64,000 nucleotides of DNA from an uncultured delta proteobacterium (GCA_963737905.1 CAVTUQ010000011.1:56924-120923), one strand, 5' to 3'; counted from the stretch's first letter, positions 10,499 through 20,746 are shown. Notes: generated from the sequence alone by a model not told the origin. Numbers and translations: made by a program.

Positions 10499-10549
10499 AC
10501 TTGCGGGAGTATGGAGTCAGATGAGACAGCCGGCCGGGTAAGGGTTCGA

Positions 10550-11554
10550 TCATCTTCCCGCCCACAGTTTGTCAAAGAAACCGCTTTTTTCCATTCCATC
10601 AACGTAGCGCCGGTCGATAAGATCTTGCGGCCTGATCTTTTTTGCCCGGGGATCGACCTTTGCGGTTTCATCGAGGATCGCCTGAAACGCTTCCGTCTTG
10701 AATTCTAACCTCCGTTCCATGACCTTGATTTCCTCGTCGTAGGCGGCGTCCAGCAACTTTCGGTCGCTTATGCGCAATTGTTTTCCAAGAACCTTGTAAG
10801 TCAATTCCTTATCCGTGAACATGATTTTCACCGCTTCCGCCATCACGCGCACAAACCTTTCGATGACCGGCCCGCGCGTGCGGATCGAGGAGCGGCGTGC
10901 CACCAAGGTCGCTGCGGCAAAAGGAATATGAAGGTCGGGCCCATACACGACATAACGGAAACCCTGAGCCGTAGCCTTAGCGCCGCCGGACGGTCCGGTC
11001 ATCGTGGCGGCATCCACTGCGCCGCTCAGCAATGCTGCAAGATTCTCGACCTGGCCGCCGGTCTGGATGAAATTTACATCGGTGGGCCCCATGCCGTATT
11101 TTCTCAAGGCCTGAATCACAAAATAATGGGAGTTGCTGCCGAGCCGAGTCAAGCCCAGTTTCTTGCCTTTGAGATCCTCGGGGCTTTTGATATCGGGCTT
11201 TCCCAGGATACTGTGGGTCAAGGTGTTCTTGGCGCTGGCTACGAATATCAATTCCGTGACTCCTTGAGTGAAGGCGCGTGTGATCGATTCCCCGCCCGTA
11301 ATAGCGACTTCTCCATCGCCGCTGAGCATGGCTGCGGTCACCATGGCGGCAGAGGAGATAAAAACAAGTTGAAATTCTAAATCATATTTCTTGAATAGCC
11401 CGACCTCATCGGCGATCCACGGCATCGACTGGGACATCGTACGAGCCGAGTGAATGCCGACCAGTTTATCCGCGGCGATTGCAGCGGGAACCAGGACTGC
11501 GAGAGTGAGAAAGATGACGGCGGCGCAACACCCATTCCCAAGCCGAATCTTCAT
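10550..11554 (-). CDS. ABC transporter substrate-binding protein, NMT1/THI5-like
   Basis: Signal peptide ending AIAA-DK; GLFKKYDL, IKSPEDLKGKKLG, ALLSGAVDA; RBS AGGAGG. Confidence 0.85.
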   Translation of the reverse strand: MKIRLGNGCCAAVIFLTLAVLVPAAIAADKLVGIHSARTMSQSMPWIADEVGLFKKYDLEFQLVFISSAAMVTAAMLSGDGEVAITGGESITRAFTQGVTELIFVASAKNTLTHSILGKPDIKSPEDLKGKKLGLTRLGSNSHYFVIQALRKYGMGPTDVNFIQTGGQVENLAALLSGAVDAATMTGPSGGAKATAQGFRYVVYGPDLHIPFAAATLVARRSSIRTRGPVIERFVRVMAEAVKIMFTDKELTYKVLGKQLRISDRKLLDAAYDEEIKVMERRLEFKTEAFQAILDETAKVDPRAKKIRPQDLIDRRYVDGMEKSGFFDKLWAGR

Positions 11555-11660
11555 GAGGACAACCTCCTGAACAAACTACCTGCGCGAACTCTTAGCTCCG
11601 TAGGACGACAATTTCAGCACCGACGCGACGTTATCAAAAAAGGCCCGATGCTCTCCCTTT

Positions 11661-12047
11661 TCAAACACCCATTCCCTGAGGATCATGGATCTCGAGCTTA
11701 TTGCCGTCCGGATCTAAAAAATATGCCTGTCTGCCCCAAAAGACACCGTCCCGGCGATCTTCCATATGGAATATTTCGACTCCGTTTTGTTTGAGAAATT
11801 CCACCGCAGGCTCAAAGTCCTCCGCCGCAACCTTGAAAGCGTGATGCACAGGGGTTTGCTCCAGAGAGTCGTACTTTACCGGAGTGTCCTTTGCCAGGAT
11901 AAAGTAATCGTCGCCGCACTTGAGGAACACCATGCGGGGAGTTTTCTGCACGATTTTCATTCCCAGAAGCTCGCTGTAGAATTTCGCGCTTCGCTCCAGA
12001 TCTGTCACTGGAAGACTGAAGTGAATGACACCTTGGGTCTTAACCAT
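11661..12047 (-). CDS. VOC (glyoxalase/bleomycin resistance/dioxygenase) family protein
   Basis: HFSLPVTDLERSAKFYSELLG, HHAF, YFLDPDGNKLEI; RBS GGAGGAGG. Confidence 0.9.
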   Translation of the reverse strand: MVKTQGVIHFSLPVTDLERSAKFYSELLGMKIVQKTPRMVFLKCGDDYFILAKDTPVKYDSLEQTPVHHAFKVAAEDFEPAVEFLKQNGVEIFHMEDRRDGVFWGRQAYFLDPDGNKLEIHDPQGMGV

Positions 12048-12277
12048 TGTTTACCTCCTCCGTGCCTGCGGCAGATGGCACTTCTGCAAGACCGACGTTA
12101 GTCTTGGCTATTTTGATTCCAATCATCCTTCTCTTGTCAGAGTCCCTGAATTACCTCGCTTTGCTTCCACTTACAAGTCTCTGCGCGACACCGCTCAATT
12201 CATATCGGTACTGACACAGGCGATGCCTCGTGATATGCAAGGGGAAACATTAGCAGAAAAAAGTTGGAGGCTGATTT

Positions 12278-13780
12278 ATGAAAACCGAGAACTGCGACGT
12301 GCTCGTCGTCGGATTCGGCAATGCAGCTCAGGCCGCCGCCGTGGCGGCGCATAATGCTGGAGCTCAAGTCCTGGTCTTGGAAAAAGCGCCGCAGACAAAA
12401 AAGGGCGGCAACACATGGTTTAGCCACGGCGCTCAGTTCCGTCATACTCACAACGGGGTCGCAGACGAAAAACCGTTGCTGCCCCACGTAAGCGAAAGCG
12501 AGTGGGAAAAAATCGATCTTCCTCCTTACACCAAGGACGAGTTTTACGCCGACTTGATGCGCGTGACGCGGGGGCGGTCCGTGCCTGAGCTGGCTGAATT
12601 GCTGGTCAACGAGTCCTACCCAACGGTGAAGTGGATGCAAGAAATGGGTATCCAGTGGGAAATTCTCTACAGCGCGGCAAAGCCCGAAGGAGAACGCTTT
12701 CGCTGGCATCACGGCAGTAGCTTCGTCCATTCTAAAGACGGCGGTGGCGGCCTGGTCGAGATGTGGCATCGCATTATCGACGGCAAGAAGATTCCGGTCC
12801 GGTTTGAAACCGCGGCCGCACGCATCCTGACGAATGAAAGCGGTCGGGTTTACGGCGTGGTCGTAGAGAGCCCCGAAGGATTCAGCGAGATCCACTGTAA
12901 AGGATTGGTTCTGGGCAGCGGCGGCTTCTCCGCCAATCCGGCGCTCCGTGCTCAATTTCTCGGCAGCGGCTGGGACCTCGCCAAGGTGCGTGGCACCAAG
13001 TACAACACCGGTGACGGGATTCAGATGGCCCTTGATATCGGCGCGCAACCCTTTGGCCACTGGAGTGGTGGCCACGCCACCCCCATCGACGCCGATGCGG
13101 GCGACTACGAAGGCGGATTTCTCGATCCGGCGAACCGCCGTTATCGCACCCACCGTTACGCCTGGCCCCTCGGCATCATGGTTAACACCGAAGGGCGCCG
13201 CTTTATCGACGAGGGCGAAGACTTTCACGCCTATACCTATGCCAAGACCGGCGCCGAGATTCTCAAGCAGCCCGGCGGCATCGCGTACCAAATATTTGAC
13301 GAAAAGCTAAAAGAAGCGGTGACTCGTTATCTCTACGACGGGGCGACTCCCGTCATTGCCAACTCCATTAAAGAGTTGGCGGAGATGCTGGAGATCAACC
13401 CCGACGCTCTAATGAAGACCGTCGAGGAGTTCAATAATGCAGTCATAGAAGACCGCCCGTTCAACGAGCTCATCCGCGACGGCCTCGCTACCAAAGGGAT
13501 TTACCCACCCAAATCCAACTGGGCGCAAAAGCTCGATACTCCGCCTTACACCGCCTATGCCGCTACGTGTGGCTTAACGTTTACCTACGGCGGCCTCAAG
13601 ATAACCACCGATTGCCAAGTTTTGAACCGCTCGGACCGCCCGATCCCGGGACTTTACGCGGCGGGTGAACTAACGGCTGGGTTCTTCTATTACAACTATC
13701 CCAGCGGATCGGGACTTCTGCGCGGCGCCGTGACCGGAAAAATTGCCGGCACCAACGCCGCAAGCCACTCGCAAGAATGA
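12278..13780 (+). CDS. FAD-dependent oxidoreductase, tricarballylate dehydrogenase TcuA-like
   Basis: DVLVVGFGNAA, GGNTWFS, GSGGFSAN, GDGIQMA, RFIDEGED, TFTYGGL, GLYAAGE, YPSGSGL; RBS GGAGG. Confidence 0.8.
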   Translation: MKTENCDVLVVGFGNAAQAAAVAAHNAGAQVLVLEKAPQTKKGGNTWFSHGAQFRHTHNGVADEKPLLPHVSESEWEKIDLPPYTKDEFYADLMRVTRGRSVPELAELLVNESYPTVKWMQEMGIQWEILYSAAKPEGERFRWHHGSSFVHSKDGGGGLVEMWHRIIDGKKIPVRFETAAARILTNESGRVYGVVVESPEGFSEIHCKGLVLGSGGFSANPALRAQFLGSGWDLAKVRGTKYNTGDGIQMALDIGAQPFGHWSGGHATPIDADAGDYEGGFLDPANRRYRTHRYAWPLGIMVNTEGRRFIDEGEDFHAYTYAKTGAEILKQPGGIAYQIFDEKLKEAVTRYLYDGATPVIANSIKELAEMLEINPDALMKTVEEFNNAVIEDRPFNELIRDGLATKGIYPPKSNWAQKLDTPPYTAYAATCGLTFTYGGLKITTDCQVLNRSDRPIPGLYAAGELTAGFFYYNYPSGSGLLRGAVTGKIAGTNAASHSQE

Positions 13781-13784
13781 GCCA

Positions 13785-13838
13785 TGGAGTACTCGAGTAG
13801 TACAATGGGATTTCAGCACTCCAATACTCCAACACCCC
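13785..13838. repeat. Degenerate 8-nt tandem/inverted repeat between the TcuA-like gene and etfB
   Basis: TGGAGTAC TCGAGTAG ... CAGCACTC CAATACTC CAACACCC. Confidence 0.55.
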
Positions 13839-13902
13839 CGAAGATCTGTGTCTAAACTTGAACGCAGTTTCTGAACACGCTGCCTAAGGAGCATTCTTTC
13901 AC

Positions 13903-14670
13903 ATGAATATCGTCGTCTGCTGCAAAGCCGTGCCAGGTTTGGTAACCGATTTAAAAATCGCTGCCGATGGCAAAACGATCCAATATCAGGGCCAGCTACT
14001 CGCCATCAATGAGTGCGATGAATACGCTCTGGAGGAAGCTCTAGCGCTCAAGCGCTCCCACGGCGGGCAAGTGACGGCGATTTCAATGGGGAACATAAAA
14101 GCTCTGGATATTTTGTACTATGCGCTGGCAAAGGGCGCCGATAGGGCCGTCCGCGTCGACTGTGAAAGTCAGGACCCGCGGGTTGCGAGCACGGTCATAG
14201 CAGCGGCTCTGGGAAGGCTCGACTTTGATCTCGTGCTGACGGGAACGCAATCGCGTGACACACTGGGCGGTCAAGTCGGAATTGCTGCCGCAAACCGGCT
14301 CGGGATTCCATTCGCTTACGCTGTCGTGGAAGTCGAAGCGGGTGAGAACAGCACTATCAAGGTGCGCAAAGAACTGGGGAGCGGACGCTATGCCAAAGTC
14401 GAGCTGATGTTGCCGGCGCTCCTATGCGTACAGACGGGCATCCAACCTCTTACCTTCGTTCCTCCTGCGCGCCGGATTCGCGCGCGGCAACAGCCCGTGA
14501 CATCCTTTTCATTGGCAGATCTGGGCTTGCAGACGGATCAGCTGGCCCCACAGGGCTACCGCTTCGTGGGTGTTCATCCGCCCGAACGCACACACCAGGC
14601 GGAGCTACTGCAGGGCAGCCCACAAGAAATCGCCGCTGCATTGCTCCATAAAATTCAGGAGAGTCTCTAA
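13903..14670 (+). CDS. etfB: Electron transfer flavoprotein beta subunit
   Basis: MNIVVCCKAVP, INECDEYALEEAL, ALAKGADRA, DLVLTGTQSRD. Confidence 0.92.
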   Translation: MNIVVCCKAVPGLVTDLKIAADGKTIQYQGQLLAINECDEYALEEALALKRSHGGQVTAISMGNIKALDILYYALAKGADRAVRVDCESQDPRVASTVIAAALGRLDFDLVLTGTQSRDTLGGQVGIAAANRLGIPFAYAVVEVEAGENSTIKVRKELGSGRYAKVELMLPALLCVQTGIQPLTFVPPARRIRARQQPVTSFSLADLGLQTDQLAPQGYRFVGVHPPERTHQAELLQGSPQEIAAALLHKIQESL

Positions 14671-14674
14671 AACC

Positions 14675-15670
14675 ATGTCGCGCGATATCCTCGTATTGGT
14701 GGAACACTTGGCCGGTAAAGTCGATTCGCTGTCGTCCCAGCTGCTGGCTATCGGTCAGCGGCTCGCCGCAGAAACGAAAGGTGAGTTGGTGGCTGCGGCC
14801 ATCGGACATCAGATGGAGAATATCGTTGATGCGCTCCAGCACCATGGACCCGATAGAATTCTTGTCGTCGACGATCCCGCACTAACTTTGGCCGGCGCGG
14901 AAGTGCAGGCGTATGTCTTTGCCGAACTCGCGCGGCAGTTAGATCCCCGCTTGGTGCTCATCGGCTACAGCCTCGTCGGAATGGAGTTGACTCCGGCCAT
15001 CGCAAGCAAACTTGGGATGAACGCGCTGACCAATTGCGTGAATATAGAGCTTTGTGACGGTGCAGTGAAAGTGACGCGGCCATTGTTTGACGGCACAATG
15101 CACGCGCAGATTTCCCTGGAAGCGAACGCTACCGCTGTGGTAGCCCTGCAAAAGGGGTCGGCTCCTGGAAAAACGCCACAGGCTAAACAGACTCTCGTGC
15201 AATCGATAACAATAGACGTCAATACTATTCCCTGTCGCAGCCGCGTGCTAGAAATCACCGAAGAGCCCAAGGGTGATGTCGATCTTACCAAGGCGGAAAT
15301 CATCGTCGCCGTCGGTCGGGGGATCGGCGACAAAGAAAAAATCCACTTCACGGCGGAACTGGCCGAGGCTCTCGGCGCGACTCTAGCCTGCTCCCGGCCC
15401 GTAGTAGACGTCGGATGGCTGCCCCGCGAGCGGCAGGTGGGGGCTTCCGGGAAAAGCGTAGCACCGAAAGTTTACGTTGCCTGTGGCATTTCAGGTGCCA
15501 TTCAGCATTTAACCGGTATGAGAGACTCGAAGCGGATCATCGCCATCAACAAGGACCCGAACGCTCCGATCTTTCAGGTGGCCCATATCGGCGTGGTTGG
15601 CGATTTGTTTGAAATCGTCCCGGCTCTGACTAACGCGGCTCGGGAGGCCAGACAACCTAAAACGCACTAG
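14675..15670 (+). CDS. etfA: Electron transfer flavoprotein alpha subunit
   Basis: Start reassigned to MSRDILV, 4 nt after etfB; IIVAVGRG, CSRPVVD, QVGASGK, GISGAIQHLTGM, AINKDPNAPIF. Confidence 0.93.
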   Translation: MSRDILVLVEHLAGKVDSLSSQLLAIGQRLAAETKGELVAAAIGHQMENIVDALQHHGPDRILVVDDPALTLAGAEVQAYVFAELARQLDPRLVLIGYSLVGMELTPAIASKLGMNALTNCVNIELCDGAVKVTRPLFDGTMHAQISLEANATAVVALQKGSAPGKTPQAKQTLVQSITIDVNTIPCRSRVLEITEEPKGDVDLTKAEIIVAVGRGIGDKEKIHFTAELAEALGATLACSRPVVDVGWLPRERQVGASGKSVAPKVYVACGISGAIQHLTGMRDSKRIIAINKDPNAPIFQVAHIGVVGDLFEIVPALTNAAREARQPKTH

Positions 15671-15745
15671 ACTGGAGGTGTGAATTCAAAATATTGAGTG
15701 CTGAGGCAGCACGATTTTGGTGCAATTAAGAACCCGAATACAGTC

Positions 15746-15907
15746 CTATCTTCGTAGGGCATAGCGCAGCTCAAGCTCCGAGATGTTCCCCGGGCTATTG
15801 AGAGACGCCCAGCTTGTGCCTTTCGGTATAGGATCTGCCGAAATCAACGAAACTAACGATATGAGAACGAAAAGACTGGCTAAAAGTGCGGTCGTTATAT
15901 CCTTCAT
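15746..15907 (-). CDS. Small (53 aa) putatively secreted/membrane protein
   Basis: ATG at 15907 after a G-rich RBS (GAGGGGGG); MKDITTALLASLFVLISLVSLISA-DP... resembles a signal peptide. Confidence 0.4.
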   Translation of the reverse strand: MKDITTALLASLFVLISLVSLISADPIPKGTSWASLNSPGNISELELRYALRR

Positions 15908-16069
15908 AGAAGCCCCCCTCAGCTTCCCCGGTATATACTGACCTTTTAGACGTTGGCTTAATAAAAAGGTTAACGGACTTCGATTGCTACTAAAATTCCA
16001 GCCCACAACCCAAATCCGCCACAAGTTCGGCTTGATACTTTACAGCGTCCCCCGACCCGGTACGGGAAA

Positions 16070-16945
16070 TCAATAGTCAAAGCTCGACGAGACCTTTCGA
16101 GAAGTCGGCGATCCATTGACGGTACGGGACTGCTGCAGCGCGGACCTGGTTTTGGGCCCTAACATTCCGTCCACAGGGCCTGGATCAAAACCGGCCGCTC
16201 TGAGCTGCGTCTGGAGAATCCGGATTTCATCTCTACTGGGAGAGTTGTCTGCTGCTGTGTCTAGTTTATCGGCATCATCCCTACCGGCCTCTCTGGTTTG
16301 AGCAGCTTTGGATGGCGCGGGCTGAATCTGCTTTTCGGATGCGGGAACTAAACTCGGCATTCTGTCTGACGTTTGAACTTGATTCTCCAGAGTCGCCGGC
16401 AAGTCCTTGACCGTCGTGCATCCCGATTGAAAACGGAGTAGCGCGGCCTTCGTTTTGAAACCCATGACCCCGTCGACGGGTCCTACATCGAAACCGGCGT
16501 CCTTCAGACGCACCTGGATCAGCCGGACCTCGTCTCTGTTAGAAACTTTATCCACCGACGTTTGCATCTCCCCCGATTGCGGTAAGATTTCGCCTGTTGA
16601 ATTTTCAAAAAGATCCTTCAAGTTCGTGCATCCTGATTGCAACCGGCGCAGTGCCGCGATGGTTTTAGCTCCCAATGCTCCATCCACAGGTCCGGGATCG
16701 AACCCGGCCGCTTTCAGCTGTGCTTGCATCAACTTTATTTCCTGTTTGCTCAGAGTTTTTTTAGCTGCGCCAGCGAGTTCATTTCTCGCTGGTTCTACGG
16801 GCGCTGGCGCGCTCGATTCGGCCGGTGATATTTCGGCAGTTGGAAGCGTCGGTATTTCCGCCACCTGAGAATCGTTGTCTTCGGTCACAGTCGCACACGC
16901 CGACAGAAAAACGAAAAACACCACAGTAGATAAGGTCCTGGCCAT
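16070..16945 (-). CDS. Lipoprotein with three peptidoglycan-binding (PG_binding_1) repeats
   Basis: ATG 16945 with GAGGAG; lipobox LSA-C; three copies of Q..L..AGFD.GPVDG..G.KT..AL. Confidence 0.85.
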   Translation of the reverse strand: MARTLSTVVFFVFLSACATVTEDNDSQVAEIPTLPTAEISPAESSAPAPVEPARNELAGAAKKTLSKQEIKLMQAQLKAAGFDPGPVDGALGAKTIAALRRLQSGCTNLKDLFENSTGEILPQSGEMQTSVDKVSNRDEVRLIQVRLKDAGFDVGPVDGVMGFKTKAALLRFQSGCTTVKDLPATLENQVQTSDRMPSLVPASEKQIQPAPSKAAQTREAGRDDADKLDTAADNSPSRDEIRILQTQLRAAGFDPGPVDGMLGPKTRSALQQSRTVNGSPTSRKVSSSFDY

Positions 16946-16981
16946 GAAATTCTCCTCTTTTATCTGCATCCGCCAACAAGA

Positions 16982-16997
16982 AGCAAGTGACATGCCG
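16982..16997 (-). promoter_or_regulatory. Putative sigma54 promoter for the PG-binding lipoprotein
   Basis: Minus strand CGGCATGTCACTTGCT; GG/GC spacing correct; ~37 nt before the ATG. Confidence 0.6.
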
Positions 16998-17259
16998 GTT
17001 ACAAGCAAGAAAAAAGACTTTGCAAAATAGCAACTTGAGGGGTTGCCGGGAGTCGAGCTCTTGCCAACGACGACAGACTTGTCGGCAAATGACACTAAAT
17101 GGTTCGCTTCAAAGCGCTGTGGTGGAGTGACGGTAGATATCTCCCTCGTCTCGCACCTTTTTGAAAGTCAAACATTACGTTGGCGCGAGCAAAAAGCACG
17201 ACAAGCCCATCCGGGCCTTGCCAAAACGTGTCAGCCTCGTCGCGTCGATTTTAGGTCGA

Positions 17260-19752
17260 CTAACGTTTGAACAGCTGGTCTAGCCCTTTGCGGATGAGTT
17301 CTTCTGTGGAATTTTTCTTTTTTTCCCTCTTCTGATCCGAAAGCGGTGGTTGCGGCCCGGTCTCCCCCGAAGGGGCGGACCGTTCCTTGCCCAGAAGTCT
17401 TTGTTGAAGCTCCTCGGCTCCTTTACGCATGAAACCGCGCTGGACCATCTTACCTAAGTAACTGGCGTCTGGTCTGGCTTTTAGATTAGGGAGGGTGCCG
17501 GTCAGGGCAAAAGGCACTTCGAACTGGTTTTGATTGTTGAACATATAAGTCACTTCCCGAGCGGAGCGTCCCAGGTCTGCCGATAAGCTTTGGGAAAGAA
17601 CCAGTGCCGCCTGGAAATCCGCCCGCTTTTCAAAATCCACCCAACCATTTCCCTGTACTGTATAGTCGGCGGCCGCTATGCGCAGATCTTTGATGTTCAT
17701 CCGCGCATCCGCCAGATCAAACAGCCCCCTCAGTTCTTTGAATTTCGTATCCTTGGCCTCGAAGGTCTCGGGATACTTCTTTCGTACCTGCGGATTGATC
17801 AAAGACGTAAGACCTGGGATGCCAGTAATACTGGAGAGGACGCTATCAGCAACGTTAAAATCGAGCAGCGCCCCCTGCAATACCTCTGCTTGGCCTTGAC
17901 CGCGCAGACTTGCTTTGATGTCATTCCAGTCTTTTCCGCTCCCGGAAATCTTCATGTCAGCGTTGAGCCGTCCCTGGATATTGCGGCTGCGCTTTGGATC
18001 CAAAGAACGATACAATTCACCGAGGTCGAGACCCTGCGCTTTTGATGCGGCAGAGAAACGCGGCGTGGGATTATTAAACGCATACTCTCCGTCGCCTTGT
18101 ACCGAGCCGTTGAGAGCAGTGACACGTAGATTTCGAAGGCTCGCGATTTTCTTCTCGAGGACGAGGTTCGTCCCAAGGTCCTTGTAATTGATCTTGTAGA
18201 GCGTTCCCAGGGCGGAGGCGAGCTTTCCCCGAAATGTAAGCGCCCCGTCTTGAGCGCTCAAGGTTCCCTCGCTGCTCAGGTTCTTGATCACATCCGCCTT
18301 CCGATCTTCGGGTAAAGACGCTTGAAAGTCCGCCGGCCATATCTCTGGAGTTGAAAGCCTATAGGTAAACGTGAGAGGCGAAAAGCGATCGATCTCCGCC
18401 GCCAGGCGGATGCGCGAGTTCCCCAAGCTCAGGGTAGTATCTTTAAGCACAGCCTTCTGGCCGGTAAAGTCGATCCTGGTATCTAGATCTTTGATGGGCT
18501 TTGGAAACTGGGGTGGTTTGGCACTGACTCCGGAGAGAGTCAGGGTGCCCTGGATCTGTGGCATCGCCCCCTTCCCTAGCTTTCCCTGGACGTTAGTCTT
18601 CTGGATCTCTAAATTCCCTGAAAGTTGATAGTCCGCAAGAAGCGGAATTATTTTCTCCCAACCGTCCAGAGAGAAACGGTTGGAAGCGAGCGAGAGATTC
18701 AGCACTGGAATATCTCCGAGGCTGATATCTCCATTGCCAGTCAGCTCCATGGTATTCAGTTTCGCTTTCATTTGTCCCAAGCGAAGCAGGCCGTTTTTTT
18801 CGTATTGGGCATCTGCAGAAACGACGAATGGAATTCCTCGAGCTTTGCCCAGAGTCTTGCCTACGTTCAGTGCTGCGCCAGTCCCGTCTAAAGCGCCTTT
18901 TAGGGAAAGTTTCTTCATGGTGCCCTTTAGCCGTAGGTCCTTGACTGTCAACATTCCCGACAGATCCATGTCTTTAGGCAACGCCGCCCTCACGGCGGGC
19001 AAGGTCGACTGCAACTTGCCGAAGTCCAGTGATTCGATATCGACTTTGCCGTCCACAGGAACATCACTGAAGTCGGTCTGCGAGCCGACGGGTCCAATCA
19101 AAGCCTGCAGCTTGAAATTCTGCTTTTCAGAGAACACAGCGGCCGCCAGCTCCGCGGAGAAAGGCCGCTTCAGATCGAAATCTTTCACTTTGAAATCGAT
19201 CTGATTCGCGCGAAAATCGGTCCCTGCTTTTTGATCCAGATAGTGTACCTCTCCGCCGGAGACATCGACCATCGCGATCAATAGAGCCGGCGAGGCCTTC
19301 TGCTCTTTTTCCTTTTCGGCCTTGCCCGGCTCTTTCTGTTTTTCCTTATTGTCCTTATTGTCCTGGCCGATGGTGGAGAAGTTGAACCTGCCTTCTTTAT
19401 TTCGAATGACTTGGATAATCGGTTTGTGCAGGATCAACCGCTTGACTTGAAAATCCTTACGCAAGAGAGGCAGTAGCTTTACGTTGATCTGAAGATCTTC
19501 GGCGTGAACAAAATGACTCGATGAGAAGGACGGGTCGTCGGACATGGTAAAGTTACTGAGCGTTAGTCCGACACCACCCCATAATGTCACTCCCACGTCG
19601 CCTACCGACACCTTGCGTCCCAACGCGCGCTCTGCCTGGCCGAGAAAATAGTCTTTATTTCGATTGATCAGCGAGTTCAGGTTCAGCAGAGCCAGAACCA
19701 CGACAGCACAAAATGCAAACAAGACGGCGCCCATTACAATCCACTTGCGCAT
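17260..19752 (-). CDS. AsmA family protein
   Basis: N-terminal TM anchor, ALGRKVSVGD, VKLLPLL, P.I.VIRNKEGRFNFS, long amphipathic beta repeats, C-terminal PFALTGTL. Confidence 0.85.
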   Translation of the reverse strand: MRKWIVMGAVLFAFCAVVVLALLNLNSLINRNKDYFLGQAERALGRKVSVGDVGVTLWGGVGLTLSNFTMSDDPSFSSSHFVHAEDLQINVKLLPLLRKDFQVKRLILHKPIIQVIRNKEGRFNFSTIGQDNKDNKEKQKEPGKAEKEKEQKASPALLIAMVDVSGGEVHYLDQKAGTDFRANQIDFKVKDFDLKRPFSAELAAAVFSEKQNFKLQALIGPVGSQTDFSDVPVDGKVDIESLDFGKLQSTLPAVRAALPKDMDLSGMLTVKDLRLKGTMKKLSLKGALDGTGAALNVGKTLGKARGIPFVVSADAQYEKNGLLRLGQMKAKLNTMELTGNGDISLGDIPVLNLSLASNRFSLDGWEKIIPLLADYQLSGNLEIQKTNVQGKLGKGAMPQIQGTLTLSGVSAKPPQFPKPIKDLDTRIDFTGQKAVLKDTTLSLGNSRIRLAAEIDRFSPLTFTYRLSTPEIWPADFQASLPEDRKADVIKNLSSEGTLSAQDGALTFRGKLASALGTLYKINYKDLGTNLVLEKKIASLRNLRVTALNGSVQGDGEYAFNNPTPRFSAASKAQGLDLGELYRSLDPKRSRNIQGRLNADMKISGSGKDWNDIKASLRGQGQAEVLQGALLDFNVADSVLSSITGIPGLTSLINPQVRKKYPETFEAKDTKFKELRGLFDLADARMNIKDLRIAAADYTVQGNGWVDFEKRADFQAALVLSQSLSADLGRSAREVTYMFNNQNQFEVPFALTGTLPNLKARPDASYLGKMVQRGFMRKGAEELQQRLLGKERSAPSGETGPQPPLSDQKREKKKNSTEELIRKGLDQLFKR

Positions 19753-20047
19753 GCGATATCTCTCCCGTGCAGGAAACGTTGATCTCGACCACTTTCAGCC
19801 CGGAGTGTGAACCGGCTAGAGGAATGAGAGCGGTCGTGTGGTCCAATTTCCATTTTAGTCGAAAGACACCCCTGAGTGAAGAGGAGAAGCTCGCGCCGAA
19901 TAAAATAAACTTCCGTGAATGCAGGCATGCTTGCCAAATCAAGTTTTCTCCTTTATGAGATGGCTTGCCTTCATAAACCGGCAATCCGGAGACCTCTGTT
20001 TATGACTTTCAAAAACGCATCCTGTTTTTGCGCTTGGGGTTCGGTAC

Positions 20048-20746
20048 TTGGTCATGAGTAACGCGGAAATCACGGTACTCAGCGCGGGCGCGGTTCAACC
20101 CGGGATGGTCAATGTCACTCACGCGTTCCGCCGTGACACCGGCTGCGACGTAAAGGTCACTTTCGCCACTGCCCCGGTGATTCTTAAACGCATCGGCATC
20201 GCTGAAACCCCGGATGTCGTCATCGCGCCGCCGGCTATATTGGACGATTGGGTCAAAGCTGGCAAAGCGGCTCAAAGCGATCGGGTCACAGTTGGCCGGA
20301 TTGGAGTGGGGGTGATGGTTCGCGACGACGCCAGTCGACCGAAGATTGCCACCGTCGATGAGTTCAAACAATCTCTCCTCAGTGCCGAATCGGTAGTTTA
20401 CAATCAGGCGTCAACCGGGATCTATCTAGAAAGGCTATTCGAGCGCCTGGGAATCATGGAACAACTGAAAGCCAAGACGACGCGTTATCCGGACGCCGCA
20501 GCCGTGCTCGAGCACATTCGCAAAGGCAAGGGCAACGAAATCGGCCTCGGTGCGATCACCGTCATCATCGAAGGCGAACGCAAAGGACTCAAATTCGTCG
20601 GCCCTCTACCACCAGAGATTCAGAACTACACGACTTATGCCGCTACTATTACCGCGACATCTCTTTCGGATGCGGCGCGAGAGTTTGTCCGCTACCTCAC
20701 CGGGCCTGCGGCACAAAAAACATTCGCCGCAGCAGGCATCGAATAA
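20048..20746 (+). CDS. ModA-like (SBP_bac_11) substrate-binding protein; no in-frame signal peptide
   Basis: AEITVLSAGA, PDVVIAP, GRIGVGVMVR, STGIYL, VGPLPPEIQNYTTY. Confidence 0.8.
   Translation: MVMSNAEITVLSAGAVQPGMVNVTHAFRRDTGCDVKVTFATAPVILKRIGIAETPDVVIAPPAILDDWVKAGKAAQSDRVTVGRIGVGVMVRDDASRPKIATVDEFKQSLLSAESVVYNQASTGIYLERLFERLGIMEQLKAKTTRYPDAAAVLEHIRKGKGNEIGLGAITVIIEGERKGLKFVGPLPPEIQNYTTYAATITATSLSDAAREFVRYLTGPAAQKTFAAAGIE

Noticed and set aside
12200-13291. 363-aa minus-strand ORF and the many other overlapping alternative-frame ORFs
   Set aside because: Antisense or off-frame shadows of well-supported genes, with no recognisable motifs.
19920-19936. Sigma54-like site upstream of the AsmA gene (TGGCAAGCATGCCTGC)
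   Set aside because: GG-to-GC spacing is one base too long.
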